Assembly (NCBI GenBank): GCA_023213395.1
Contig: CM041465.1
Span: 120,473,741 to 120,537,740 of the forward strand
DNA length: 64,000 nucleotides
Direction of reading: 5' to 3'
From: Cycas panzhihuaensis
Taxonomy: Eukaryota > Plantae > Cycadophyta
Position numbers and translations under genes: made by a program. The notes beneath the pieces were generated by a model. It did not search any database. It saw nothing but the letters and a program-made list of their open reading frames with translations, and had not been told where the DNA came from. This document shows, in pieces, positions 38,194 to 49,769 of this stretch. Numbering within the stretch: the first letter of the stretch is position 1; each line of letters starts with the position of its first letter.

Positions 38194-41100
38194 TGTAGTG
38201 ATCCTAATCTATTAAGGAGATGTTAGTATTTTATTAATATTATTGGAAGTTTATTTTTTATAGTTATTATTACTAATAGGGAGCTTGTATTAATATGAAG
38301 TTAATTTTTTTATAAAGAAGTTGGTATTTTATTATTAATATTATTATTGAAGTCAATTCCTTTTAATAAGGAGCCATATTAGCACTTATAAATAGGGGAG
38401 ACCCTCAATTCATTATGTAAGTTTTTATTTTAGGTTAATGCTAATTTTATTTGGCACTTAGTGCTTGGATTTTTTTTTCCTATTTATTTTTCATTTTAAC
38501 TTTCTTTTATTTTGGTCGAAGTAGATATGGTTTAGGATCACTTAAAGTGGTGCTAGAGCTTTATTTTTAACATATTAAAGATTTACATGTTTAGGAGTGT
38601 AAATAAATGGATTTCAAAAAAGTAATAATAGATTTTAGTCAAGACACATTATATAAATTTTGAGTGGTTATACTCTAGGTTTTATAGTGAAATTGTAAGA
38701 TTTATAGGGAAATTAATCTTGACCTATTATTTGTCACTATCTTTAGGACTTAAAATCTACTACCATAACTTTAGATGACCATAACTTTGGCTACAAATAT
38801 TTGATTAACCTCAATTTATTTATTTTTAATCTGTGTGTCTCAAACTTTACTTTTTATTAGAAATGGTTTTGGCTTTATTAGATGTTGAAATAGAAAATTA
38901 TCATCATTTTAGTAGTAGGTACTAGTGTAGTCCCTAAAAATCATAGATTGTGACCCACCTTAAAAAGCTTATAACTTCTATTATAAGTATCATAATTTGA
39001 TTTCATTGAAATTATTGGAACCTTAATTTAAAGGTCATCATTTTAAGTTATGATATTATGTATTTTGGAGTTGATTTGATATAGTAATTATTATTTAAAA
39101 TTGATATCAAATAATGAAGCTAAATATATTTATTCTCATTTGAGTTAGACCAATAAAATGACTAAATAAGGTTGAAGTATGCCTTAAACTTTCATCTCAC
39201 ATATAAAAGGAGCATTTTATCTCATTTATTTAGTGATGTTTTAGTGGACAAGCTCAAGAGTGTGTTATTAGTGAACTCTTAAGATATTGTCCTAATTGGG
39301 AATATTTCTCATAATCTATTCTCATCAGATTTGAAGAAAGTATTATAAGGTGGTGGGAGGAACATCGGATGAACCACATTAGAGAAGACTTTACAAACTT
39401 TAAGAATAAATGTTAATAGTAAGGTATACTTAAAGGGATATAAGAAAACCTATGGTATATATTTTAGAAAAAAATATCTAATTTAGAAGCTCTTATAAAG
39501 GACATGAAGGAAGAGCTAGTAGATTCAATTAAAGAATAATTTAGTGAGGAGCATATTAATAGTGATGTGATAAAAGGATATGCCCACCAATGAGGAGCTC
39601 AAAGAAGGACCTAAGGTAAGATATCTTTCGAAAGGTACTTACTTAAAATTTGATTTTATTTTGTACTTGTCCATTTATTTTGGAAGTTTTCTTATTCCTC
39701 TTGATTTTCCAAATTTTATAGCCTTAAAAAAACTCTTACCCCTTATACAACATGATCTTAGAAACAAATTTGAAACTAAAGCTATAAATTGGCAACCCTT
39801 AGTAGCTAAAATTCCTATTCCACTTGAGATACCCCTTCATGTCTCATATCCTAAGACATCTCTTTATTACTCCTCTAATATTCCCCATCTTTCAACCTCC
39901 TCTCAATACGTTTCAACCTCTTGCACTATTATTATACACCCCCTTTACAAAGCATTAACTTTTTCCACTCTACATCCCCACCCTCCCTATCCCCAACTTT
40001 CTTACCCTACTTTCTTATTTCCCTATTAGTCTTTTGTAATGTTTTAGAAACCATCTTCACAAACCCTTACCAAGGTCCTTTTCCTAAGAATGCCTAATCC
40101 TTATTTCACACTTGTTCCATTTATTCCCATTAAATTATAAATTCACTTATAGATTAAAATTCACTTATCTTTAATTTTGTATAATATTATCTTCATCATC
40201 TACAAATTCTTTTTGTTTATCTTTTATCTAACTTAGCCTTCATATATCACATTCTCTAACTAAATCCCCACATATGCTTTCTCTTAATTTCCCCCCTAAT
40301 ATAATTCATGTATATCCTTTATACCCCATATTTTTAAATTCAATATCCGTAATATATGTCCATGTATATCTCCTCTGATGTAATCTATTCCTTATATTCT
40401 ATGTCCCCCATATGTGTTTCCACTCTTATACCCCCACCCCTTATTCTCACAATTTTCCATACCTACTTCCCTAATGCCATCTCCATAATACATACCCTTC
40501 TACTACATTCCCTTAATTACAACTTAAGGATAATTAAAAATGGACATAATATAGAAGTGAGAGGTAAGACCTCATAACACATAGGTCTCTGAACTAGTTA
40601 AGAACAAAGCTATATATAAAAATAGTTTTAGGCATAACATTATCACAAATAGGAACAATATATATATGGATTGCTTTGAGAAGATAAAGTAAAGGAGAAC
40701 CAAAAGCCTATGATATTTAAGCCTTAATAGGCGAAGGATTGAAAACATACACAACAGATTACATGCTCTTGGCTTCAAGCAACAAGATTATACTACTTTA
40801 TGGGTAAAATATTATTTGAAAGAGGGATAGATTGTATTGGTCCTAATCTATTGAGGAGAAGTTTGTATTTTGTTAATATTATTAGAAGTTAGTATCTTTT
40901 TTATTTGCAAAAATGAATCTTTATTATGATGTAAAACATACTATAATAATGCACATGAGAAATCTTACTTATAGTCAAGGAAGGTTTAGTAGAAACAATC
41001 TAGATACAAAAGTTAATTTTATTATTATTATTATTAAGGAGTTGTTATTAATATGAAGTCAACTTTTATATTAGGAAGTTAGTATTCTATTATTAATATT

Positions 41101-41275
41101 ATTATAAAAGTCAATCTTTTTTAAATAATGAGCTAGATTAACACCTATAAATAGGGTATACATTTAATTAATTATGTAAGTTTTAATTTTATTTAGCACT
41201 TAGTGCCCTTAAGCAATTTTGCCTATTTAGCTTTCTTTTATTTTTTATGAAGTAGATTTAGTTTATGATTGGTTT
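38194..41275 (+). mobile_element. Non-autonomous ~3.1-kb LTR retroelement without recognisable pol
   Basis: LTRs 38194-~38545 and 40833-~41275 (tgtaKtgRtcctaatctattRaggaga); terminal inverted repeat agtgatcctaa/ttaggatcact; PBS-like tggtgctagagc 38548-38559; PPT gaaagagggatag 40818-40830. Confidence 0.7.
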
Positions 41276-41459
41276 AGTGAAGATTATGCTTATGATATTT
41301 CTCAAGCTAAGGGTTTTTTAGAATTTTGTAGAGAATAACGAGAATTTAATTATCTCCAATGGGTAAGTTAGGCTTAATCACAAGCTCATATGCTATTTGA
41401 TGTGTTATTTTTTTGAAATATTATTTATGAATATAAAGCCGAAGCATAACCCCATAAGA

Positions 41460-41885
41460 ATATATTGTAATTTACAAGAATATAAGGATGAATAATATAT
41501 ATTGAGTATGAAAGGAAAAAGAGAAGGCACGAAAGAGGGATTAAGAGAGAGCTTGCTTATAAATCCCTTCTTTTTTAATATATCATTATATATAAATTTT
41601 ATAATAAAATATAAGTATATTTATAATAAGAAAAATGTAGTTATTAGTACTTTCTAACCCTTATTAGCCTTCTCTTAGTAATCTCTAATTAAAAGAGTTA
41701 CATTAATTTTATCTGACTATCCTATTAGCCCAATTAAATATTACATTAATTATGAACCTTTTAGGACTATAACTTATGCTACAAAGTACATTTATTAATA
41801 AAAAGAAGTACTTAGTTCTAAGCATTAACAACTATGGTACATGATATACATAATAAAGTTCATCAATTTCTCCCTTCTTTAAGAT
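41460..41885 (-). repeat. LTR-like dispersed repeat, copy 2 (related to 35040-35535)
   Basis: Same shared blocks as copy 1. Confidence 0.55.
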
Positions 41886-42299
41886 AAATTATCCTTTACT
41901 AATTTATTCTCTTTTGAGAAGAAATCATTTCTCATCATAAACCACATATATTATATATTCAAGAATACTCAAGGCCTTCTTTTAGTTTATAACATTATAT
42001 AAGCTTTGCATTTTTTTACTAGTTACCTTAAAAATTCATGTTTATGATTATATAATAACTATGGACCTTATATTTAGATCAAATGCTATTATAAGACTTA
42101 TTTAGTACCTTCTTCCTTATTAAAAATAATGTTTGGTGAAGTTTTATCTTTGTAATACCCCTCTATTATATTGTACCCTAAAACAAAATCCTTTTATCTA
42201 ATCTAACATCCCAAAAGCCTAATTGTTTAATGGGAATGTTAAAGCCATATATTTTATGTCAAATATGTCACTTTATTCTGTGATAGTCTTTCTTCCTCT

Positions 42300-43500
42300 C
42301 ATTAGGAGATTGAAGATAAGATCATAACTTCTTTTTAAGCCTAGTGCAAGCAACATTAGAAGTAACCTAATAGGAGTGAAATCTATAAGTGCTAATAAAG
42401 ATCTTAGTGTAAACTCAATATTTACCAATAATTGTCATGGATTTAAAATTCAAAAAAATTATCCTTTGATAAAATCTAACTATTGCATAGTCTTATATGA
42501 ATACCATGGAGGCTTGAAAACAAAAAGAAATGCTTATGAATTTAAAGATTTCTCAAGTTTAAATCCATAACCAACCATACTACAAACCCTAACAAGGCAC
42601 ATCCTTTGAGAATTTTAGGAAATAAGAAATATCCATCAATTAAATCTCACAACTAGTAGTATTGAATAATGCATAAGTCACTTCCAAGATCTTTAAAAAA
42701 TTTTAAAAGTATATTTGGATAATAAAGGAAAAGTCATTAGGAAGGTGACTATTAACCATTTACTTCTTAGAGTTGCTAGCAAAATTGATACCTTTAATAA
42801 TGCAAGAGTTGATTTTTGGGGAAGATGTATAAATCTTGAGTTAATAGGAAACTTTGTATTATAGACTCAATATAATATCAACACCTTATAAAGGCGAAGA
42901 GATAAATTACATCCTTGGGGCACTATATATTAGATTGTGTAGCATTATATTATTATTTCAAGCAATTCTAGTGAGTTATACAAACAGATAACATTTTAAT
43001 AAGAATGTTGCCAATCTTAATATGAGTGAACTCAGTTGTAGTTTTCATGCCTATATCAACTTTATTGTTTGCATAGTTATTAGTTGCAATTTCAAATCAA
43101 CACTAAATATACCATCACATACTATAATGAATTATAAGCTTATATATGCCACTTGCTCTTATATTCATTAACATATACTTTATTAACTTCACGTCCCATA
43201 TTTTAATAGTAACATCTTCTTTATATTATTGGAGATCATTATTTAGAGAAGCCATTTGCATATTAAGTGGCTTGTAGTACCTTGATGATAATTGTTTCTA
43301 TTTCCTAATATATTTAAAAAATTTGTGATGGTTTATTTTCTTAGAGATACAAAAGGATAATTTCCCTTCCATAAAGAAATTATCCTTCCATAGTAGCTTC
43401 ATTTTTTCATGAAGGGACTAAGAAGGCTAAGGAGTGATTCTAACTATTTGATAATCATTCTACTTACTCATTCTTTTAGTACTTAAATGAGGTTCATAGT
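42300..43500 (-). pseudogene. Possible highly degenerate hAT (DUF659-type) transposase remnant
   Basis: Minus-strand fragments IATNNYANNK (~43070; cf. TDNAAN), ATQSNI (~42940; cf. CAAH) and GINFASN (~42780; cf. TRFA) occur in the expected order with roughly expected spacing. Confidence 0.35.
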
Positions 43501-43904
43501 GTAGCATCAATACTTTCATATATGGATAAAATAACTTATCTTATTATATATTATCCTTTTGTAAATATTAATTCTTTTATAAGTGCCAAGATGATATTTT
43601 CAAAATAATGATAATTTTGATAACAAAATTAAGGTTTATTTCACTTCTTTCTATAAAGAGCATATACATATCTATAAACTTTGAAGTTAAGAATAATATA
43701 CTATAATCAAATTTTATATAATATAATATAACTTGATATAATATATTATAAATTTATAATATAATATAGTATAATATTAATAAATTTTTACCATTAATAA
43801 GAATGATGGACACATAATTATTTTTTTATATTATTTTATTATTAAAAAATGTATAATCCAAATATATATAGAAACAGAAATAAAATAAATATTTTCAATA
43901 GTGG

Positions 43905-43977
43905 AAAGAAGGGAGGGAGAAAAGAAAAGAGAAGAAAGAGAAGAGAGAAAGAAGAAGAGGAAGAGGAGGAAGGAGAA
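43905..43977 (+). repeat. Purine-rich (GA/GAA) tract upstream of the gene
   Basis: ~70 nt of almost pure A/G, ~370 bp upstream of the ATG. Confidence 0.8.
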
Positions 43978-44349
43978 CACCTAATAATGTATTTTTGCCC
44001 CGACAGCAATAATTCTCTTTAACACATTTTAAACCTTTCGTTCAAGTAAAATCTTCCTTCCAGATTAAATCCCTCTCGCAAAAATACGCACTGGACGAGG
44101 CTAATTTGGTAGAACGGTGAATTGAAGCCTTCAAAAGCTTAGCTTAGGCTTTTGGCCAGACCTCCAACTCAGGAATTTCATACTCGTAATCAACCGCGGG
44201 CTTGGTAAAAGCGTAGAAAATAGCAACTATAGCGGTGGTGTCTTAAACTTATGATTCTGCAGCACTAATACGATACAGCGGCGACGTTTCAGAGAGACGG
44301 CGCCAGAGCTGAACAAGAGCAAGCAAAAGAGGAAGCTATCCGTAATACG

Positions 44350-44759
44350 ATGAAGAAACGAATTAACACCAGGAAGCTGTCAAATGGAAGCGAAAAGAAA
44401 CGAAAACCGTCATCTGTAAGCGATGATCCATTTTTCGACCCCGCTTCCAAGCGGGGCATGGGCGAAGAGATTTATAGCACAGATGATGACGACGATGGTG
44501 AAGGGGATTCAAGAAGCGTGGAGGAAGAGAATGGCGCTCCAGAAGACACAGAGACGGCGGATGAAAAACGTCTGAGGGTGGCAAAAGCTTATTTAGACAA
44601 GATCAGGGAACTAACCAAAGGCCAAGAAGACGAAGAGGAAGAACAAGATAAGGAAACTGATGCACAGCGTAAAGGTAAAAGAGACTCTCTGGTTGCCGAG
44701 ATTCTTCAACAGGAACAACTTGAAGACAGTGGCCGAGTTCAGCGCTTGCTAGCCTCCAG
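44350..44759 (+). CDS. RRP9: Exon 1 of U3 snoRNP-associated WD40 protein RRP9/U3-55K (YAO-like)
   Basis: Basic NLS-like N-terminus, acidic tract, then the signature ETADEKRLRVAKAYL and DSLVAEILQQEQLEDSGRVQRLLASR; ends at donor tccAG|GTagcc (44760); intact frame in CpG-retaining sequence. Confidence 0.88.
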
Positions 44760-44917
44760 GTAGCCCCTTTGAAACAACAAAAAAACTTAAATGCATATAA
44801 TTAAACAAATAATCAATGTTACCAGCTCCTGTTTACAAAACATTAGGAAGTGTTTTCTTCTTACTGCTTCAAAGATCTAGGAAGATTGGTTCCTTTTGCG
44901 GTATTGAGTTGAAGTAT

Positions 44918-44966
44918 TAGGGTCTAGGGTTTAGGCTTGTTATGGTGTAGCAGGATTTAGGGTTTA
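44918..44966 (-). promoter_or_regulatory. Telo-box cluster (AAACCCTA) in proximal intron 1
   Basis: TAGGGTTT at 44925-44932 and 44958-44965 plus degenerate tagggtct at 44918; telo-boxes are typical of plant ribosome-biogenesis genes. Confidence 0.6.
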
Positions 44967-45234
44967 AGCTTGAAACCAAACTTTGGAGCCCTTTCCGTAT
45001 TTAATTTAATTTCATCTTTCGGGATTTCCCTTTTTTCTTTTTTTGAGGTACGGTCCGGAGTATTTAATGATTGTGTAATCTTTCTTGGGACAAGATTCTT
45101 AAGCTGCTCCTTTTGCACGACCGTGTTGGATTCTGTAGGTTTTCCTGGCTTACAGTATTATAATGGGAAGGAATAATGTTGCTGGTTTACATGAGAAGAT
45201 AACCTGATTTTGAACAGCAGTCACTTAAAGAGAG

Positions 45235-45385
45235 AACATAACGATGGGAATAAATCAGCGATCCTGAGATTCTTCGTAGAGGAGCTTTGCCAGAATAATT
45301 TTGATATAAACGGATGGAAATAAACCATCGATTCTGAGATTCTTCTCAGAGTAGTTTTGCTAGAATACTTTTGATGAAAAACAAT
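45235..45385. repeat. ~70-bp tandem duplication
   Basis: gatggRaataaa..gatYctgagattctt..agaata.ttttgat occurs twice. Confidence 0.75.
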
Positions 45386-48300
45386 GTCATGCAGAACAAT
45401 TTTGACATGAGGAAAGTTTTACTTATAGTAAGAGCATGCATCTAATTTTGCACCCTCTTAAAAATCTAGTATCTGGTAGATTCTTGAAAAATTGACAATT
45501 TGATAATCAGCAACAATTCCACACATGCTACATCTACATGTCGAATTCAGTTTGCACTCTGCAAATCCCGATGAACCTTCCATATAGTTCATAAACCATA
45601 CGGGGATAAGTCTCGGAGAGTAATCAAACTGGCTGACCTTGAGCTAGTGGCCTGTAATATTTTGTGAGTACTTTAACCAAAGGTTATGCAGATTGATAAA
45701 ATATATGTAATGGAGCAATCATCTGTTGCTGTAACATAACTAATCAATAATGTTGCTCTGCTACATGAAATAACAAGGAAGTGACCAATGAAGAAAAGCA
45801 TGGCAATTGAGCCAAGAGTAAAATAATTCTCTTTTGGTCTAATGTATGTAATTGCAAATGGTATTTCATTGGTTGGAATAACAAGAAAGTGTTCAATGCT
45901 CAATTGATGATGTTTAGTTACATGAAAAATGACATTTTCTTAGGGGTCCCAATTGTCAGACAATAACAATGATTTGTGTGAATGCTCAACGAAGCTCTAG
46001 TTAATGCATTTCTAGTTTGAGTTGGGGAGCACTTTTAAAGCTTTGAAGCATATGAGTTTGTCCAACTTTTATGGACCATTGATCTTTGATACTCTCCAAA
46101 TAAAGGCATAGGAACAATCATCATAATAACTTACGATGCCCTTACATTGAGTGCCTACGACCATTCATGTTGTCCATGTTTAAAATGGCCCTTTGCAAGA
46201 TCCATATGGAGATTATGTTGGTCCTTACTTAGAAAGAGTTAACCTTAGATTAGATAACTATAACCCTAAGTACAACTTTAGCCTTAATGTTGGCCATATG
46301 TTCTTGGGCAAACCATGGTGGGATTGCATCATGAGGTGATTAGGGCATCAATTTTACTATTACAATGTATGTCTAAGCATAGTTTGTTGAAATTTAATCT
46401 TATTTTTGTGATAATTTGTATTGTACATTTGGATTCTTAATTAATTAAATATTTTATTACCTCTAGTCCCTAGGATTTTGAGCAATCAACCAATACTTTA
46501 GTACGGTTCAAGTTGGGGTTATTGTTTCAAGGTGCAATTTGTGATATTGTTATCGACCCAAGTCAAGTTAGATTGGTGAGGATGGTTTGCAAGTGAAAGC
46601 TAATATGAATAACTCTTAGTGGTCATCAATAGGAATCTAGCCAATCGCATGGGTGCCATTTGATCATAGTAGCAACATAACCAATGAGTTAGAGTTATGG
46701 TTGTTCGATCATGGTCATAGTTGAATTAGTCATTCTTAGCATAATTAACAGGTCATAATATATATTGTTTTGTTGCAATCATAGAGCATATGTATTTCAA
46801 ACATAGTTGCAATATGTATTGCTTAGTCGTAGTCATGGGGCACATGTTTGGTCGCAGTTACACACAACCTAGTGGTAGTCATGGTGCATTTGTTGTATTA
46901 TTGCAATCGTGCACACTACTCGCTATCACTTGTGACTTGTATCCAATCATCACAATTGTAGTATGGTCTACACACACTACTTGCGATCACTTGTGACTTG
47001 TCTTTCACTAGTTGTAATTAGAAACACGAGTCATCATTGTAGAACTCGATCCTAAACGTATCAATAACCTGGAATCGAGTGCCAGTTCTCAATAAATAGT
47101 ATGATAATTGCAAGCTTGAGGAGTAATTACAAAATTGGTTGGCATTTTGTCTTCTCTAGCATCGACTATTTATTTTCTAAATATAATTAAAAGATTATAT
47201 AAAGCTCTTAAAAAATCATCAAGTGTTGGGCTTCTTCATTCTTCTTTCTTTTTTATGGCTCTCCTTTAACTTTTGGCTATTAAAAATGGGCATATACAAC
47301 ATCCTATGCCTATAAATCTTTATGTAAAGTATTTGGGCTTTCTAATATAGAGAGCATTGCTCTGCAAGGCCCTCTCTTATTTTTTGAAGTGCACATTTCT
47401 CCTTCCCTTGGGTTTCTTGATCCTTCCATGTAGGTTGTTTTGGGGATTTGGCATCTCCTAGCATCAACACTAGGAGACATGGGATCACTCCAGAGTAGAG
47501 AGAAGACATTGAGTGTTCAATGACTCATCCACATGGTCATCCAAAAAGTCATATGTCCTCTTTCTAGTTGTACAACTTCCCCTCCATAGCAATGGTAAAA
47601 TACTCGTAAGTGGAATACTCGTAGGGAGAGTACTTGTATAAGATTCTCTTCATATTAATAATATTATGCATTACCTATATTACTTTTCCCTATGTTATTT
47701 TTAGTAGATCATTGCAAAGGTCCTCTGTAGTTGTATTCTTTCCCTCTCTTTATTCATATGCTCCTCTCTTATTGAATTTATTCTTGAACTCTTATGCAAT
47801 CTTGCTCTATTCCTAGTAATTTGCATAGATTCCTCTAGAGAGTTAATATCTATTGGTATTGGAGCCTTGAATCTAGGCTTTAGTAAAAATTTTTTGGAAG
47901 ATTTATTTACACCTTGTTTTCACTAGGCAAGGTGGGCTTGTGATCAAGTTGACCAAGTAGGATTGACCACCGAGCATAGGCATAAGCTTCAAGTGGAATA
48001 TGAGCCATTGTGGTGGCATCATCCACTTCTACCCATGCTTTGAGGGCAAAGCGTGAGGGAATTGTTATGTGCTTGTGCCTACCAGTGGACCAAGGCACCT
48101 TTGAAAATGAGGAGATATTGATTATTTTGAAATTATGGTCTTGAAGTAGAGAGAATTAAGTTGTGGAACATGGATCATGGCATGGAGCTTCTTATTGGCT
48201 TCAAAATGAGTGGTTGTGGGCCCCAAATAGATATTGTATGAGAAGGTTATTCCAATTTTAGGTCTGTAGTATTTGACAGATTTTTGGAGGTCGATTTCAC

Positions 48301-48981
48301 TTTTTTGATTATTAATTATCATAAGGGCTAACCCTAGCCTAAAATAATGTGTGATTTAGATGTGCAGCCATATACAAGGAGTGGATGGGCCATTTGGAAG
48401 ATTTAGTTTTTGGAGTTTATTTATTTTCTTCACTCGTTCAAGAAGAGATGTCATTTCTAGAGGCTCCTTTGCCTTGAAGGGAGATAGTTACTGTAGAAGA
48501 TATTCTATCATATTGTGGACGCTTTGTAATAGAGATAAGTTACATCATTGGATACTATTTTATTATATTGTGAAGTTATCATATCTTTTATTAGTTTATT
48601 TCTTTGTGCATTGCCATGCTTAATATCATTTCAATACTTCTTATTTCCAATGCAATTTGGAGTGGCTATTGGTATTCTATTACATTTAATTTTTGATATT
48701 TAGTAGTGTTGACTTAATATCTGTCCTACTAAGATATCCACTTGTCAAGGTTTCCACTGTAGTTTAGGGTGTGTGCTCACGGTCAACATACATATTCATA
48801 TATTAACTTATGCCACATAAGTCCATAGTATAATCATAAAACACAAATAAGCATCATGCATTCCATATTAAATACACATAAATTCCACGTAACTCTGTAA
48901 TTTCATTCAACAATCACTATTTACATCATCTCATACATTCCGTACAATGTTGGGTTGGTTATCCATACCAGACCAGGCCCA

Positions 48982-49140
48982 ATAGAATGAATGACTCAGC
49001 TCTCATTGTTGAGAACATCCCATAGAATGAATTGACTCAGCTCTCACTGTTGAGAACATGCCATGGAACTCACTAACTTGGTTCTCACCCTTGAGAACAT
49101 GCCATGGAACTCACTAACTCGACTCTCACTACTAGAATGG
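48982..49140. repeat. ~41-bp tandem repeat x4
   Basis: Units of form atRgaa...actcagctctca...ttgagaacatScc. Confidence 0.8.
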
Positions 49141-49384
49141 TGAGAAAAGTACCATAAAATACCCATTTTTGTGCCTTTTGGGTGAATGGGTATGACCCAT
49201 GGTCATAGCCATTCCTTTTCATAACAAATGTACCTTTTAATTTAACACATGATTACAACACTAATTACTCTTTATCACGTCTGTATGACCATTCGTACGT
49301 ATGCCTATGGGTGACGTCATCATTTCTGGAATGTATGGTTCAATTCTAAGTGTGCATTCCGCAATTGTTTCTGTTGGGGAACGC

Positions 49385-49520
49385 ACCTATCATGACCATT
49401 CTTGGGACTGTTTTGGTCATTCTTAGGCCCATTTTGATCATTTCTGGGACCGTTCTAGTTATTTCTGAATTGTTCTGGCTATTTCTGGGCTCGTTTTGTC
49501 CGTTTTGGCCATTTTGCACC
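49385..49520. repeat. ~21-bp degenerate tandem repeat
   Basis: cattYYtgggacYgttYtRgt-type units. Confidence 0.65.
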
Positions 49521-49769
49521 TGTAGTGTGTTCCTGTGATGGAACACACAGTTCTATCTACTTTGTTTATTGTTTTCAAGTTCGTTCTTCATCCTGAACGC
49601 TTGCTGAACGGTTCTCCTTTATATTTTAGCTACATTAAATCACAAATAGCCATACGCTCATTCCTTTGGACGCATAAGTGTCAAATTTGTCCACAATAGG
49701 TAGTACTCGAGTATTTTTGCCATTATTTGCTATTGGAATCAACGAGCAACCTTGAAGTGTTGTGGCAAC

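Noticed and set aside
39580-40029. 149-aa ORF as a host gene or env-like gene
   Set aside because: Low-complexity pyrimidine-rich sequence inside a decayed LTR element; no recognisable motifs
44350-44763. Stand-alone 137-aa acidic protein
   Set aside because: The TAG stop lies inside the GT donor (AG|GTAG); this is exon 1 of RRP9
45235-45385. Intronic C/D box snoRNAs (TGATGA and CTGA present)
   Set aside because: Box order and spacing do not give a C...D pair of plausible length with terminal stem; better explained as a tandem duplication
47430-48760. Additional small LTR element (PBS-like tggtattggagc ~47854, PPT-like ~48477)
   Set aside because: Could not identify a matching LTR pair by eye
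48982-49140. CRISPR-like repeat array
   Set aside because: Units abut with no unique spacers, context is eukaryotic, and there are no cas genes
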